Source: an uncultured Pelagibacteraceae bacterium
GTDB taxonomy: Bacteria > Pseudomonadota > Alphaproteobacteria > Pelagibacterales > Pelagibacteraceae
Direction: 5' to 3'
Assembly (NCBI GenBank): GCA_902596325.1
Contig: CACJTN010000001.1
Coordinates: 5,035-69,034 of the forward strand
Length of the DNA stretch: 64,000 nucleotides
A program made the translations under genes and the position numbers. Positions 1 to 10,080 of this stretch are shown here, piece by piece; position 1 is the first letter of the stretch; the number at the start of each line of letters is the position of its first letter. The notes under the pieces are model-generated. The model was not told the origin of the DNA and made no database searches. It saw nothing but the letters and a program-made list of their open reading frames with translations.

Positions 1-555
1 TTTTTTTGCACCTTTTAGCGTGTGAAGTTCTGCTCCTTGTAAATCAATAATCCAGTGGTCATAATTTCTCAAATTTATTTGCTCTTTTTCACAAATCGTA
101 TCTAAGGTTTGCATATCCAATTTAATTTTTTTAATCATCTCAACTTTATGTTTTTCCCATAACAGACCTTTTTTTACATCCTCAGAAAGATTAAAAATAG
201 ATGAACAAGATTGATCTTTGTTTGAGATATTAAAATCAACATTTTTTATATTTTTTTCCCCTAATAAAGCTTTTACAGCTCTCTGATTATGGTAATTATT
301 TACATTTATTTTTAACTCTTCAAAAATTTCTGGGATAGCCTCTATCCAAACAACTTTTTTATTAAACCAATTATAGATTTCTGCCTCTTTTCCTCTGTGA
401 CCACCTAAATGCAAAATACCCCTCGAATTTAATATACACTCGATGTTTTTAAGATTTGGTTTGTCATATGCATAACCGGCTTGACGAGTTCTATTAATTT
501 TAATTAAAGTCCATCCGAAACTATTAAGAACTTTTTTAATAAATTTTTTGATCAT
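1..555 (-). CDS. FkbM family methyltransferase (3' end runs off the window; not in ORF track)
   Basis: Manual translation from ATG at 555: MIKKFIKKVL...GILHLGGHRGKEAE...VVWIEAIPE...DMQTLDTI...WIIDLQGAELHTLKGAKK, matching the FkbM motifs (xGAxxG-like, EA/EP, TLD, IDxQGAEL). Confidence 0.85.
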   Translation of the reverse strand, partial: MIKKFIKKVLNSFGWTLIKINRTRQAGYAYDKPNLKNIECILNSRGILHLGGHRGKEAEIYNWFNKKVVWIEAIPEIFEELKINVNNYHNQRAVKALLGEKNIKNVDFNISNKDQSCSSIFNLSEDVKKGLLWEKHKVEMIKKIKLDMQTLDTICEKEQINLRNYDHWIIDLQGAELHTLKGAKK

Positions 556-563
556 AAATTAAT

Positions 564-1634
564 TTAAATACCACCAATTTTTTTTGGTATTAACTTTTTG
601 AAATACCAATAAAATTGTGAGAAAAGTATATTTTTAGAATTAAACCCGTTGTTAATTTCAAATCTTTTTTGGTTAACATTCTTATTAAAAGATATTGCAG
701 CCGAACTTATATTAGAACAAAGATATATAAAATAATCACAATGCGAAAGTAAGATTGATTCTAAAACTGCCTCTCTTCCAAGTTTATATCTATGTAGATT
801 TCTAGGATATATCTTAAAGGCATCATTGCTGTTAGAACGATATGATGAATTTAAATAAAACAATTTATTTTTAAAATTTTTTTTAAAAAAACTTAAATAA
901 TTCAATTCTTCTGTGACTAAAAAAATCATATCTACATCATTTTCTCTTAAAATTTTTTTTGTTATTTCTTTCATTTGATTTTTTGTTGCGGGTAGTGGAT
1001 GTCCAGCCGATCTTTTGTAGCTAGTTCCTCTAAAATGTATACCAAGAATTTTTTTTTTGTTAAATTTTTTTAAAATTTTTTCATACATTTTTTGTAAATA
1101 TTTGTTTAACTTAATATTTTTATTCAGTAATTGAATTAATTCTCTATCTTTATCAATATTATAAGAAAAAAAATTGAAAAATTTATCACTCGTGACTAAA
1201 ACGTATTTACTTTTGTAGACTTCGTCTAGTGTATATGAATTAAGATTCTCAAAATAATAATTCCAAGCATTGTCATTATTTTTAATTTTCCTTTTTTCGT
1301 TGTAAATTGTTTTAAAATTTTCCATATCGATTACCGGAACAAAATTATATTTTTTACATATTCTTAAGTGGTTTAATATAAAAGTAACGTTTGAAAACAT
1401 TCCGGTTCCTGGAGATCTTTTAATTAAATAAATTATTTCATCTTGATTTAAATGGCCAAAGCTTTTTTGACTTAAATTCAATTTTTCTAAAATCTTTTTA
1501 TCAAATGTTTTATCAAAAGGAATCTCTATATTTGTAGCGGTATCAGCAATATTAATTCTTAAATTTTCATGATTTAAAATACTTGGAGTTTGCAATGTAA
1601 ATTTTTTAATAATTTTTCTAATAAAATTCTTCAT
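564..1634 (-). CDS. Putative fucosyltransferase (NodZ/GT23-like, GT-B fold)
   Basis: GTGMFSN, NAWNYYFE, LGIHFRGT (GDP-fucose-binding HxRxT motif), IFLVTEE, EAVLESILLSHCDYFI..SNIS; gmd/fcl nearby. Confidence 0.65.
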   Translation of the reverse strand: MKNFIRKIIKKFTLQTPSILNHENLRINIADTATNIEIPFDKTFDKKILEKLNLSQKSFGHLNQDEIIYLIKRSPGTGMFSNVTFILNHLRICKKYNFVPVIDMENFKTIYNEKRKIKNNDNAWNYYFENLNSYTLDEVYKSKYVLVTSDKFFNFFSYNIDKDRELIQLLNKNIKLNKYLQKMYEKILKKFNKKKILGIHFRGTSYKRSAGHPLPATKNQMKEITKKILRENDVDMIFLVTEELNYLSFFKKNFKNKLFYLNSSYRSNSNDAFKIYPRNLHRYKLGREAVLESILLSHCDYFIYLCSNISSAAISFNKNVNQKRFEINNGFNSKNILFSQFYWYFKKLIPKKIGGI

Positions 1635-1685
1635 GATAATCTATGTAGCATTATTTAAATTTTTGTATATAAAACATTTCTATAT

Positions 1686-2690
1686 ATGAATACATCTTTG
1701 GTTATCACAACAATAAATAAGCCAAACAAAAATATTTTATCTTTTGATAAAAATTGTAAAAAAAAAAATTGGTCATTTATTGTCATTGGAGACAAAAAAA
1801 CACCAAAAAATTTCAGATTAAAGTATGGTAAATATTACTCAGTTAAAGATCAAAAATCTCTAAATTTTGAATTTGCAAAAAAATGTTTATTCAATAATTA
1901 TGCAAGAAAAAATATTGGATATTTAATATCTTTTAAAAACCACAAAAAAACTATTTTAGAAACAGATGACGATAATTATCCCTATAAAAATTTTTTTAAC
2001 GATAAATATAAAATTAAACAAGCAAAAGTTATAAAAACTAAAAATAGATGGATTAATATTTATAGTTTGTTTATGAAAAGTAAAATTGTTTGTTGGCCTA
2101 GGGGAATACCTTTGAATAAAATTCATAATACAAAAATTAATCTTGGTAAATCTAAAAATGATAAATTTTTTTTACAACAAGGCGTATGTGAAGGCAATCC
2201 AGATGTAGATGCAATTTTCAGACTTATAAACTTGAGAATAAATATAAAATTTAAAAAAAATTTTGAGGTAAATACAAACAAATCTTTTGTTACCCTTAAT
2301 AGCCAAAATACAGTTTGGTTCTCTGAGGCATTCCCATTAATGTACTTACCCGTAACATGTACCATGAGGTGCACGGATATATGGAGAGGATTAATAGCTC
2401 AAAGAATTTTACAAAATGATAATAGAAAAATTCTATTTTTTGGGACTACAATGAGACAGGATAGAAATGACCATAATTTAATAAGTGATTTTAGGCAAGA
2501 GATACCAATGTATCTGATGGATCAGGAAATTCAAAATCATCTATTAAAGTTAAAATTAAAAAAAGGTATAAATAACTATTTAGATAATTTAAATATTTGT
2601 TACGAAAGTTTGATTAAAAAAAATATAATATCAGATAATGAAAAATCGTTTTTAAAGGCGTGGACGAAAGATTACGAAAAAATTTTTTAA
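1686..2690 (+). CDS. STELLO/DUF288 glycosyltransferase-like protein
   Basis: VITTIN, VIGDKKTP, YARKNIGYL, ETDDDN, QQG...NPDVDAIFRL, NSQNT, RCTDIWRG motifs characteristic of DUF288/STELLO. Confidence 0.85.
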   Translation: MNTSLVITTINKPNKNILSFDKNCKKKNWSFIVIGDKKTPKNFRLKYGKYYSVKDQKSLNFEFAKKCLFNNYARKNIGYLISFKNHKKTILETDDDNYPYKNFFNDKYKIKQAKVIKTKNRWINIYSLFMKSKIVCWPRGIPLNKIHNTKINLGKSKNDKFFLQQGVCEGNPDVDAIFRLINLRINIKFKKNFEVNTNKSFVTLNSQNTVWFSEAFPLMYLPVTCTMRCTDIWRGLIAQRILQNDNRKILFFGTTMRQDRNDHNLISDFRQEIPMYLMDQEIQNHLLKLKLKKGINNYLDNLNICYESLIKKNIISDNEKSFLKAWTKDYEKIF

Positions 2691-3790
2691 ATATATTTGA
2701 AGATAACGTTGTAGTACTTTTCACAATTATATTCATAATCAAATCTATCCAATGAATTATAGGCTTTTACAGACATTTTTTTGTATTTATTTTTATTTGA
2801 TTTAAATTTCAAAATTTTATTTGCCAAACTCTTCTCATTTTTAGGAGCGAAAAGCATTCCCAATTTTCCATTTTTCAAAATTTCTCTTGGACCAGTCGGA
2901 CAATTTGAAGATATTATAAATTTTTTTAAGCAAATTGCCTCTAACAGGACATTTGGAAGTCCTTCATATATTGATGATAAAATAAATAAATTTGAGTATT
3001 TAATAAATTTAAAAGGATTTTTTTTAAAATTTAAAATTTTTACATATTTCTCCAACTTATTTTTTTTTATAAAGTATTTCATTTTATCCATGTTAGGTCC
3101 ATAACCTATAATTAATAGCTTTAGATTCACTTTCTTTTTTGTTAAAATATTAATTGATTTTAATAGAGTGAAATGATCTTTCTGATCTGTAAATCTAGCT
3201 ACATTTATAATTTTTAAATCTGCATTTTTAAAAAATTTAAATTTGACTTTTGTCTTACTCATTTTTTTAATTACATCCTTATTTAGTGGATTATAAATGT
3301 GCAAAGTATTTATTTTAAATTTGCTATCTATTTCCTTTTTAAAATCGATACTATTTACAATAATTTTCTTTGGGACATTAAAAAGAATTTTGAAAATTAT
3401 ATTTTTAAGATAATTTTTACTCCACCCTGATGGCGAAGAATTGGATCTTGTAATTAATTTAAATCTTAGAATTAATGACATTATACAACAATAAATATTT
3501 GCTTGAAAAGCAAATACGAGTGATTTTCTTCTTCTAATTTCCTTATAAAGTAAAAGAAGGCATTGAAAATACTTGTAATACTTTGAATATTCTCTTCTAT
3601 TTTTTTTTATTGCGTTTATTATTTTGATATTTCTATTAAAATTATTATTAAATTTAGAATCAAACGTAATTAGCACAATATCCTCGATTTTTTTTGATAA
3701 ATAATTACTTATAATAATTAAATTTTTTTCTACACCACCTCCGTCAATTGACGGCATAAATAGAATTAATCTTTTTTTAATTTTTTCCAT
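2687..3790 (-). CDS. Glycosyltransferase family 4 (GT-B)
   Basis: GGGVEK N-terminal motif, VARFTDQKD, SSIYEGLPNVLLEA (EX7E), SNCPTGPREIL. Confidence 0.9.
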   Translation of the reverse strand: MEKIKKRLILFMPSIDGGGVEKNLIIISNYLSKKIEDIVLITFDSKFNNNFNRNIKIINAIKKNRREYSKYYKYFQCLLLLYKEIRRRKSLVFAFQANIYCCIMSLILRFKLITRSNSSPSGWSKNYLKNIIFKILFNVPKKIIVNSIDFKKEIDSKFKINTLHIYNPLNKDVIKKMSKTKVKFKFFKNADLKIINVARFTDQKDHFTLLKSINILTKKKVNLKLLIIGYGPNMDKMKYFIKKNKLEKYVKILNFKKNPFKFIKYSNLFILSSIYEGLPNVLLEAICLKKFIISSNCPTGPREILKNGKLGMLFAPKNEKSLANKILKFKSNKNKYKKMSVKAYNSLDRFDYEYNCEKYYNVIFKYI

Positions 3791-4398
3791 ATTTTTCTTA
3801 AAATATTTTTTAAAGATTGATTTCTTTCTTGTAAATTATCAAATGGTAAAAGATTATTATCATTTAACTTCTTAATTATAGCTAAGCCTGATGACATAAA
3901 TGAAAAATTTAATTCAAAATTTTCAATATTTTTGGAGTAAATTGATAGTAAAATTTTAAAAGTCTCTTTGTTATTAATTTCGCAATAAAAATTATTTCTA
4001 GGTTGATCTTTTAAATAAGGTAAGTGGGATATATCATCTATAAATATATATCCTTCTTTTCTAATTTTCGGATAATAACCATATATCAGTTTCTTTACGT
4101 GATTTGCTTCATGTAGACTATCAATAAATAATACATCTATCTTCTCTGGCAATTTAGAGTTTATATATTCAAAATTGTCATCTCTTGATTTTAAAAAATT
4201 CCAATTTGAATCATTCAAAATTTTTGAACAATCTTTGATATCAACAGAAAAAAGTTTACCATTATTTGCTTTACAAATTTGAAAAAATTTTTTTGTGGAT
4301 CTACCATTTTCTACTCCCAATTCGAGTATTATTGGATTACTAATCTTAGATATCAAAGGTATCAAAAACTTGTCTAATTTAAGACTATATTCATCCAT
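3766..4398 (-). CDS. Class I SAM-dependent methyltransferase (Methyltransf_24-like)
   Basis: ILELGVENGRST, LFSVDI, DVLFIDSLH, GYIFIDD. Confidence 0.85.
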   Translation of the reverse strand: MDEYSLKLDKFLIPLISKISNPIILELGVENGRSTKKFFQICKANNGKLFSVDIKDCSKILNDSNWNFLKSRDDNFEYINSKLPEKIDVLFIDSLHEANHVKKLIYGYYPKIRKEGYIFIDDISHLPYLKDQPRNNFYCEINNKETFKILLSIYSKNIENFELNFSFMSSGLAIIKKLNDNNLLPFDNLQERNQSLKNILRKIWKKLKKD

Positions 4399-4478
4399 AT
4401 TATATGTTAAACATATTATTCTGTAATAATTAAAAAATATACATAATACTATAAACTTTAAAAAGCAAATTAACTAAA

Positions 4479-5615
4479 TTGAAAAAAAACAAAGTTTATT
4501 ATTGGTCTCCATTTTTAACTCCAATTGCTACACGCAGAGCAGTTATTAATTCTGCATATAGTTTAAATAAATTTAATGATGATTATGATGCAAAGATATT
4601 AAATTTTTTTGGCGAGTTTAATCAAAGTATTAATGACATTAAAAAAAAAAAAATAGAGACAATAAATTTTTATAATAAAAATTTTTTAAAATTTCTTCCG
4701 AAGTATGGAAAATTTTCTAGCAGATTATCATTTTTATTTTTTTTTATTTTTGGCTTTTTTCCACTTTTTAAAATATTAAAAATAAATCCCCCTAAATATT
4801 TAATAATTCATTTAATTACATCTTTACCTCTGAGTATGTTAATATTTTTTAGTTTTAAAACAAAATTTGTCTTAAGAATTTCTGGTTTACCAAGACTAAA
4901 TTTATTTAGAAAAATCTTGTGGAAAATTTCACTAAAGAAAATTCACCTAGTTACATGTCCCTCAAAAGAAACCTATGAATATTTAAAAAATTTAAAACTT
5001 TGCGATGAAAATAAATTAAAAGTTTTATATGACCCAATAATTAACATAAAAGAAATGCGGAATAACATAAAAAAAAAAATTGAGATTGATGAAGATTTTT
5101 ATATGGCTGTAGGTAGATTGACTGCACAAAAAAATTTTGTATTTCTGTGTAAATGTTTCAATAAATTGCTGAAAAAAAACTTAAATTTAAAACTTTACAT
5201 ATTGGGTGAGGGTGAAGACTATTATTTAATAAATAATTATTTACAAAAAAATAATCTAACACAAAATATCAAACTATTAGGCCATATAGAAAATGTTATG
5301 CCTTATTATAAAAAAACAAAAGGGTTTATACTTTCATCTTTATGGGAGGATCCAGGATTTGTTCTTATTGAGGCTGCATTTTGTAGATCGCCAGTATATT
5401 CGTCAAATGCTAAGCCAGGTCCTTATGAAATAATTAAAGATAACATTAATGGAACTAATTTCATTTCAAATGATGTAAATAGTTTTATAAACAAATTTGA
5501 AGTTTTCTTAAAAAATTCAAAAAATAATAAAATAATTTTAGAAAATTTGAAATTAAGCAAAAATTTTACCATATTTAATCATTACATGAAATTTTCAAAA
5601 TATCTGACACAATAA
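4479..5615 (+). CDS. Glycosyltransferase family 4 (GT-B)
   Basis: AVGRLTAQKN, ILGEGED, LSSLWEDPGFVLIEA; TTG start. Confidence 0.85.
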   Translation: MKKNKVYYWSPFLTPIATRRAVINSAYSLNKFNDDYDAKILNFFGEFNQSINDIKKKKIETINFYNKNFLKFLPKYGKFSSRLSFLFFFIFGFFPLFKILKINPPKYLIIHLITSLPLSMLIFFSFKTKFVLRISGLPRLNLFRKILWKISLKKIHLVTCPSKETYEYLKNLKLCDENKLKVLYDPIINIKEMRNNIKKKIEIDEDFYMAVGRLTAQKNFVFLCKCFNKLLKKNLNLKLYILGEGEDYYLINNYLQKNNLTQNIKLLGHIENVMPYYKKTKGFILSSLWEDPGFVLIEAAFCRSPVYSSNAKPGPYEIIKDNINGTNFISNDVNSFINKFEVFLKNSKNNKIILENLKLSKNFTIFNHYMKFSKYLTQ

Positions 5616-7327
5616 TGTTTCTAAATTTTTCTATTTTTGTTATTTTTAGTATTTTAATAATCACTAGCACTTTAGGTTATGGGATATTTTTCAGTAATAA
5701 AATATTTGGCAATTCAAAATATTTAAGTTTACCTTTAAGAGGTTTTTTTGGGATTTTTTTTTTATACTTAATTTCAAGTTTTACTCATCTTATATTGCCA
5801 CATAATTATATGCATAACTCTATTATAATTATTATAGGATTATTTTTTTTTTTTAAACTAGTAAATAAAACAAGAAATCACAAAAAAGATTTAAAGCACA
5901 TAATATTTTTCTTTGTTTGTTTATTTACAGGATTTTTAATTTCCAAAACTAATGAAGATTTTTCTTACTATCACTTGCCTAATTCTCTACAATTTGCAAT
6001 GAATAAACTCGAATTCGGTTTAGGAAATCTTAATCATGGATTTAAACATTTCTCGTCTCTATTTTTAATTAATTCTTTATTTTTTTTACCATTAGTTAAA
6101 TTCTATCTTTTTAATATTACTAATTTTATGTTGCAAATTTTTTTCTTTTCAACTCTTACATTAATACTTCATAATAACTATAAAAATAATTTCATAATCA
6201 TTTTAGCTTTAGTAAGCTTAGTTACATATTTAACCAAATTTTACAGACTTTCAGAATATGGGGCAGATTATTTTGGTCAGTTTTTGGTCTTATTAAGTTT
6301 TATAATTATTTCTTTAAGTTTTTCTGTCTCAAAGAAAACCGCAATTGACAAAAAAGAAATATTTTTAATTGCTATGTATTTAATGATATTCGCAATTACT
6401 ACAAAATTTTTATATGCTATTTATCTTTTAATTCCAATGTTTGTAATTTTTAATCAATATAACCTTAGAGAAATTATAGATCTAATCTTTGAAAAAAAAT
6501 TTTTTACAATATCTATCGTGACAATATTTACTATTATCTTCTTTAATTATACTGCTACTGGTTGTCTTATATACCCTGTGATTATAAGCTGTTTTACCGA
6601 ATCTACAGATTGGTCAGTTCCTAAAGATGCAATTAATCAACTAAACTTACATTATAAAGCTTGGTCTAAAGCAGGAATAGGAGCGGGATATGGTGTTGAG
6701 GATACAAAAAATTACTTATCCGGTTTAAGCTGGATTGATAATTGGATTAAAACATACTTTTTTAATAAGGTAAGTGACTATATTCTTGTTATTTTTTTTA
6801 TTTCATTAATTTTATTATTTGTATTTAAGAAAAATTTAAAAAAAAATAATAAAACTAATTTTAAAGTTAATATTTCTTTAATAAGTTACATTTCAATATT
6901 TATAGTTTTTTCTTTATGGTTTTTTAATTTTCCTAGTTTAAGATATGCAGGATATTCTATTTTTTTTTTACTGCTTGTAGTGCCTTTATGTATTTATTTA
7001 GGGAAAAATTTAAGACCTAATAAAATAATTATTAAAAAGAAAATTAAAATTTTAATAATATTAGCTTTGATCATATTTAATTTTAAAAATATACAAAGAC
7101 TTAATAATGAACTTAATTTGAAAAATTATGAGCACCACAATTTTTTAAATTTTCCCTTCTATTGGGTAGATCATGTAGAGTATAAATCTATTTTAATAAA
7201 TGGGAAGTATTTCTATGAAGTCACTAATAATAAATCTTGCTGGAATGTTCCACCAACGTGTTTAAGAGATAGAAATTATCTAGATATACAAAATAAAAAT
7301 GGATATTTCTTTTATAAAAAAAAATGA
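5615..7327 (+). CDS. Polytopic membrane protein, possible GT-C-fold glycosyltransferase
   Basis: More than 10 hydrophobic segments; loop motif NEDFSYYHLP, TGCLIYP, PSLRY, C-terminal CWNVPPTC; sits between GT genes with 1-4 nt overlaps. Confidence 0.55.
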   Translation: MFLNFSIFVIFSILIITSTLGYGIFFSNKIFGNSKYLSLPLRGFFGIFFLYLISSFTHLILPHNYMHNSIIIIIGLFFFFKLVNKTRNHKKDLKHIIFFFVCLFTGFLISKTNEDFSYYHLPNSLQFAMNKLEFGLGNLNHGFKHFSSLFLINSLFFLPLVKFYLFNITNFMLQIFFFSTLTLILHNNYKNNFIIILALVSLVTYLTKFYRLSEYGADYFGQFLVLLSFIIISLSFSVSKKTAIDKKEIFLIAMYLMIFAITTKFLYAIYLLIPMFVIFNQYNLREIIDLIFEKKFFTISIVTIFTIIFFNYTATGCLIYPVIISCFTESTDWSVPKDAINQLNLHYKAWSKAGIGAGYGVEDTKNYLSGLSWIDNWIKTYFFNKVSDYILVIFFISLILLFVFKKNLKKNNKTNFKVNISLISYISIFIVFSLWFFNFPSLRYAGYSIFFLLLVVPLCIYLGKNLRPNKIIIKKKIKILIILALIIFNFKNIQRLNNELNLKNYEHHNFLNFPFYWVDHVEYKSILINGKYFYEVTNNKSCWNVPPTCLRDRNYLDIQNKNGYFFYKKK

Positions 7328-8070
7328 GACAAAAGCCATTAATTTCGATTGTACTTACTTATTATAAAAAACGCAAATATGTAAATAGAACCTTACAATC
7401 TATACTTCTTCAAAATTATAAAAATTTTGAGTTAATATTTGTATATGATGACAGTGATCTTAAGGACTATAAATATATTAAAAAAATTTTAATTAAATTT
7501 AAAAAAAAAAAAGTTTTACTTAATAAAAAAAATTTAGGTGTATCTCAATCTAGAAATAAAGCTTTAAAGATATGTAAAGGTGAATATATTGCTTTTATTG
7601 ATGCTGATGACATTTGGACTAAATCAAAATTAAACAAACAACTAAAAATAATGCAAAAAAATTTGCTTAACTTTTCATTCACATCATACAATGTAATAAA
7701 TAATCAAAATAAATTAATTAATAAAAGATTTGTCAGCAATGATCCTTCATATGCTTCATTGCAAAAAAAAAACATCATTGGTCTTAGCACAGTAATGTTT
7801 AACAGAGAAATTTTAAAAGATGTAAAATTTCCAAATTTAAAAACCCAAGAAGATTTTGCCGTATGGCTTAATTTATTGAAAAAAGGTCACAAATTATCCC
7901 ATATTAAAAACTTATTATCTTCATGGAGAAAAATAGACGACTCACTTTCTTCAAATAGTTTGCAAAAAGTTATCGATGCATTTAAATTATATTATACTTA
8001 TCAAAATAAAAATTTAACATTATCTATTTATAGTGTAATAGTCCTAGGATATAATAAATTATTTAAATAA
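7324..8070 (+). CDS. Glycosyltransferase family 2 (TuaG-like)
   Basis: LISIVLTYY, YDDSD, GVSQSRN, GEYIAFIDADD, QEDFAVW. Confidence 0.9.
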   Translation: MRQKPLISIVLTYYKKRKYVNRTLQSILLQNYKNFELIFVYDDSDLKDYKYIKKILIKFKKKKVLLNKKNLGVSQSRNKALKICKGEYIAFIDADDIWTKSKLNKQLKIMQKNLLNFSFTSYNVINNQNKLINKRFVSNDPSYASLQKKNIIGLSTVMFNREILKDVKFPNLKTQEDFAVWLNLLKKGHKLSHIKNLLSSWRKIDDSLSSNSLQKVIDAFKLYYTYQNKNLTLSIYSVIVLGYNKLFK

Positions 8071-8077
8071 CTAACTT

Positions 8078-9133
8078 TTGAAAAAAAAAGCTATAATCAC
8101 AGGTGTTACTGGTCAAGACGGATCTTATCTTGCTGAATTATTATTAAAGAAAGGGTATATTGTCCACGGAATTAAAAGAAAGTCCTCAACATTTAACACG
8201 AATAGAATAGATCATATTTACAAAGATATTCATACAACAAAAAATTTCTTTTTACATTATGGAGATCTGGCAGACTCTAATAGTTTGTTTAATATAATAA
8301 ACAGAATTAAGCCGGATGAAATTTATAACCTTGGTGCACAAAGCCATGTGGGGCACTCCTTTGAAATTCCAGAATATACTTCCGAAGTTAGTGGTCTGGG
8401 TACTTTGAGAATTTTAGAAGCCATGAGGTTTCTCAGATTAAAAAAATGCAGATTTTATCAAGCAAGTACATCTGAATTGTTTGGCGAAACCTTTGGAAAA
8501 AATTCTTTTACGGAAAAATCTTTAATGGTTCCTAAATCTCCATATGGTGTTTCAAAATTATATTCTTTTTGGATAACCAAAGTTTATAGGCAGGCTTATG
8601 GTTTTCATGCATCTAATGGAATTTTATTTAATCATGAAAGTCCTCGAAGAGGGGAAACATTTGTTACTAGAAAAATTACAAGGTTTTTTGCAAACAAAAT
8701 TTTAGGATCAAAAGACATACTTTATATTGGAAACTTAGATGCTAAAAGAGATTGGGGTCATGCTAAAGATTACGTAGAAATCCAATGGAAAATTATACAA
8801 CAAAAAAAGCCTGATGATTTTGTGATTGCGACTGGCAAAACAATAAGTGTAAGGGAGTTTATAAATGAATGTTGTAAATATTTAAAATTGAAAATTATTT
8901 GGAAAGGTAGTGGTTTAAAAGAAAAAGCATACTTAGACTTAGGAAAGAAAAAAAAATTAATAATTAAGGTTGATAGAAAATATTATAGACCTTTAGAAAT
9001 TGATTATTTAAAGGGAAATCCAAGTAAAGCAATAAAAATATTAAAATACAAATTAAAGTACAATTTAAAAAATCTCGTTAAGGACATGTTAGATTCTGAT
9101 ATTAAATTAGCTAAATTAGATCAAAAAAAATGA
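8078..9133 (+). CDS. gmd: GDP-mannose 4,6-dehydratase
   Basis: ITGVTGQDGSYLAELLL, YNLGAQSHV, FYQASTSELFG, SPYGVSK, LFNHESPRRGETFVTRKI. Confidence 0.98.
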   Translation: MKKKAIITGVTGQDGSYLAELLLKKGYIVHGIKRKSSTFNTNRIDHIYKDIHTTKNFFLHYGDLADSNSLFNIINRIKPDEIYNLGAQSHVGHSFEIPEYTSEVSGLGTLRILEAMRFLRLKKCRFYQASTSELFGETFGKNSFTEKSLMVPKSPYGVSKLYSFWITKVYRQAYGFHASNGILFNHESPRRGETFVTRKITRFFANKILGSKDILYIGNLDAKRDWGHAKDYVEIQWKIIQQKKPDDFVIATGKTISVREFINECCKYLKLKIIWKGSGLKEKAYLDLGKKKKLIIKVDRKYYRPLEIDYLKGNPSKAIKILKYKLKYNLKNLVKDMLDSDIKLAKLDQKK

Positions 9134-10080
9134 AAAAAAATAGCTATATTTTTCTAGCAGGCCATAAGGGACTTGTTGGAAGCTCATTATTAAATCTTTT
9201 AAAAAGAAAAGGTTATAAAAATATTATTACAGTTGATAAAAAAAAACTAAACTTAAGAGATTATAAAAAAGTTAAAAAGTTTTTTAAAAATAAAAAAATT
9301 GAATATTTAATTATGGCTGCAGCCAGAGCTGGAGGTATAATTGCAAATAGCACAAATCAAAAAGATTTTTTTATCGAAAATGTTGAAATTCAAAACTCTT
9401 TGTTGCAACTTGCCTTGGACAAAAAAATTAAAAGAACAATTTATTTAGGGACTTCATGCATCTATCCTAAATTTGCAAAAAATCCAATTTCTGAAAGTAG
9501 TTTATTGACTGGTGAGCTGGAAAAAACAAATCAATGTTATGCCATTGCCAAAATATCTGGCATCAAGCTTTCCGAAGCATTATTTGAAGATTATAAATTG
9601 AATATTATTTGTATTATGCCAACGAATGTATATGGAAATAACGATAACTTTGATAAAATAAACGGTCATGTAATTCCAGCAATGGTCTCCAAATTTATTG
9701 AGGCTAAAAAAAAATCGAAAAAAATTGTCAAGTTATTGGGAACTGGAAAACCAATTAGAGAATTTATTCACTCCGATGATCTCGCAGAGGCAATATTAAA
9801 ATGTCTTAATGTTTCTTCAAAAAAAATGAATAAAATTTTTAAGGGTAAACTACCGATTTTAAATATCGGTACTGGGGAGAATATTAAAATTTTAAATTTA
9901 GCAAAAATGATATCTAAGTTTTCAAATTATAGTGGAATAATAAAATTTGATAAAAGATTCCCCGATGGGACTTATAAAAAAAATCTTAACTCAAAGATTA
10001 TAAAAAAATTAGGTTGGAAACCACGTATTAGTTTAAAAAATGGACTTAAAAAAGTTATTTTAAAACAGTTTAATATATGA
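9130..10080 (+). CDS. fcl: GDP-L-fucose synthase
   Basis: AGHKGLVGS, AAARAGGI, GTSCIYPK, YAIAKISG, MPTNVYG, REFIHSDDLA; directly after gmd. Confidence 0.95.
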   Translation: MKKNSYIFLAGHKGLVGSSLLNLLKRKGYKNIITVDKKKLNLRDYKKVKKFFKNKKIEYLIMAAARAGGIIANSTNQKDFFIENVEIQNSLLQLALDKKIKRTIYLGTSCIYPKFAKNPISESSLLTGELEKTNQCYAIAKISGIKLSEALFEDYKLNIICIMPTNVYGNNDNFDKINGHVIPAMVSKFIEAKKKSKKIVKLLGTGKPIREFIHSDDLAEAILKCLNVSSKKMNKIFKGKLPILNIGTGENIKILNLAKMISKFSNYSGIIKFDKRFPDGTYKKNLNSKIIKKLGWKPRISLKNGLKKVILKQFNI

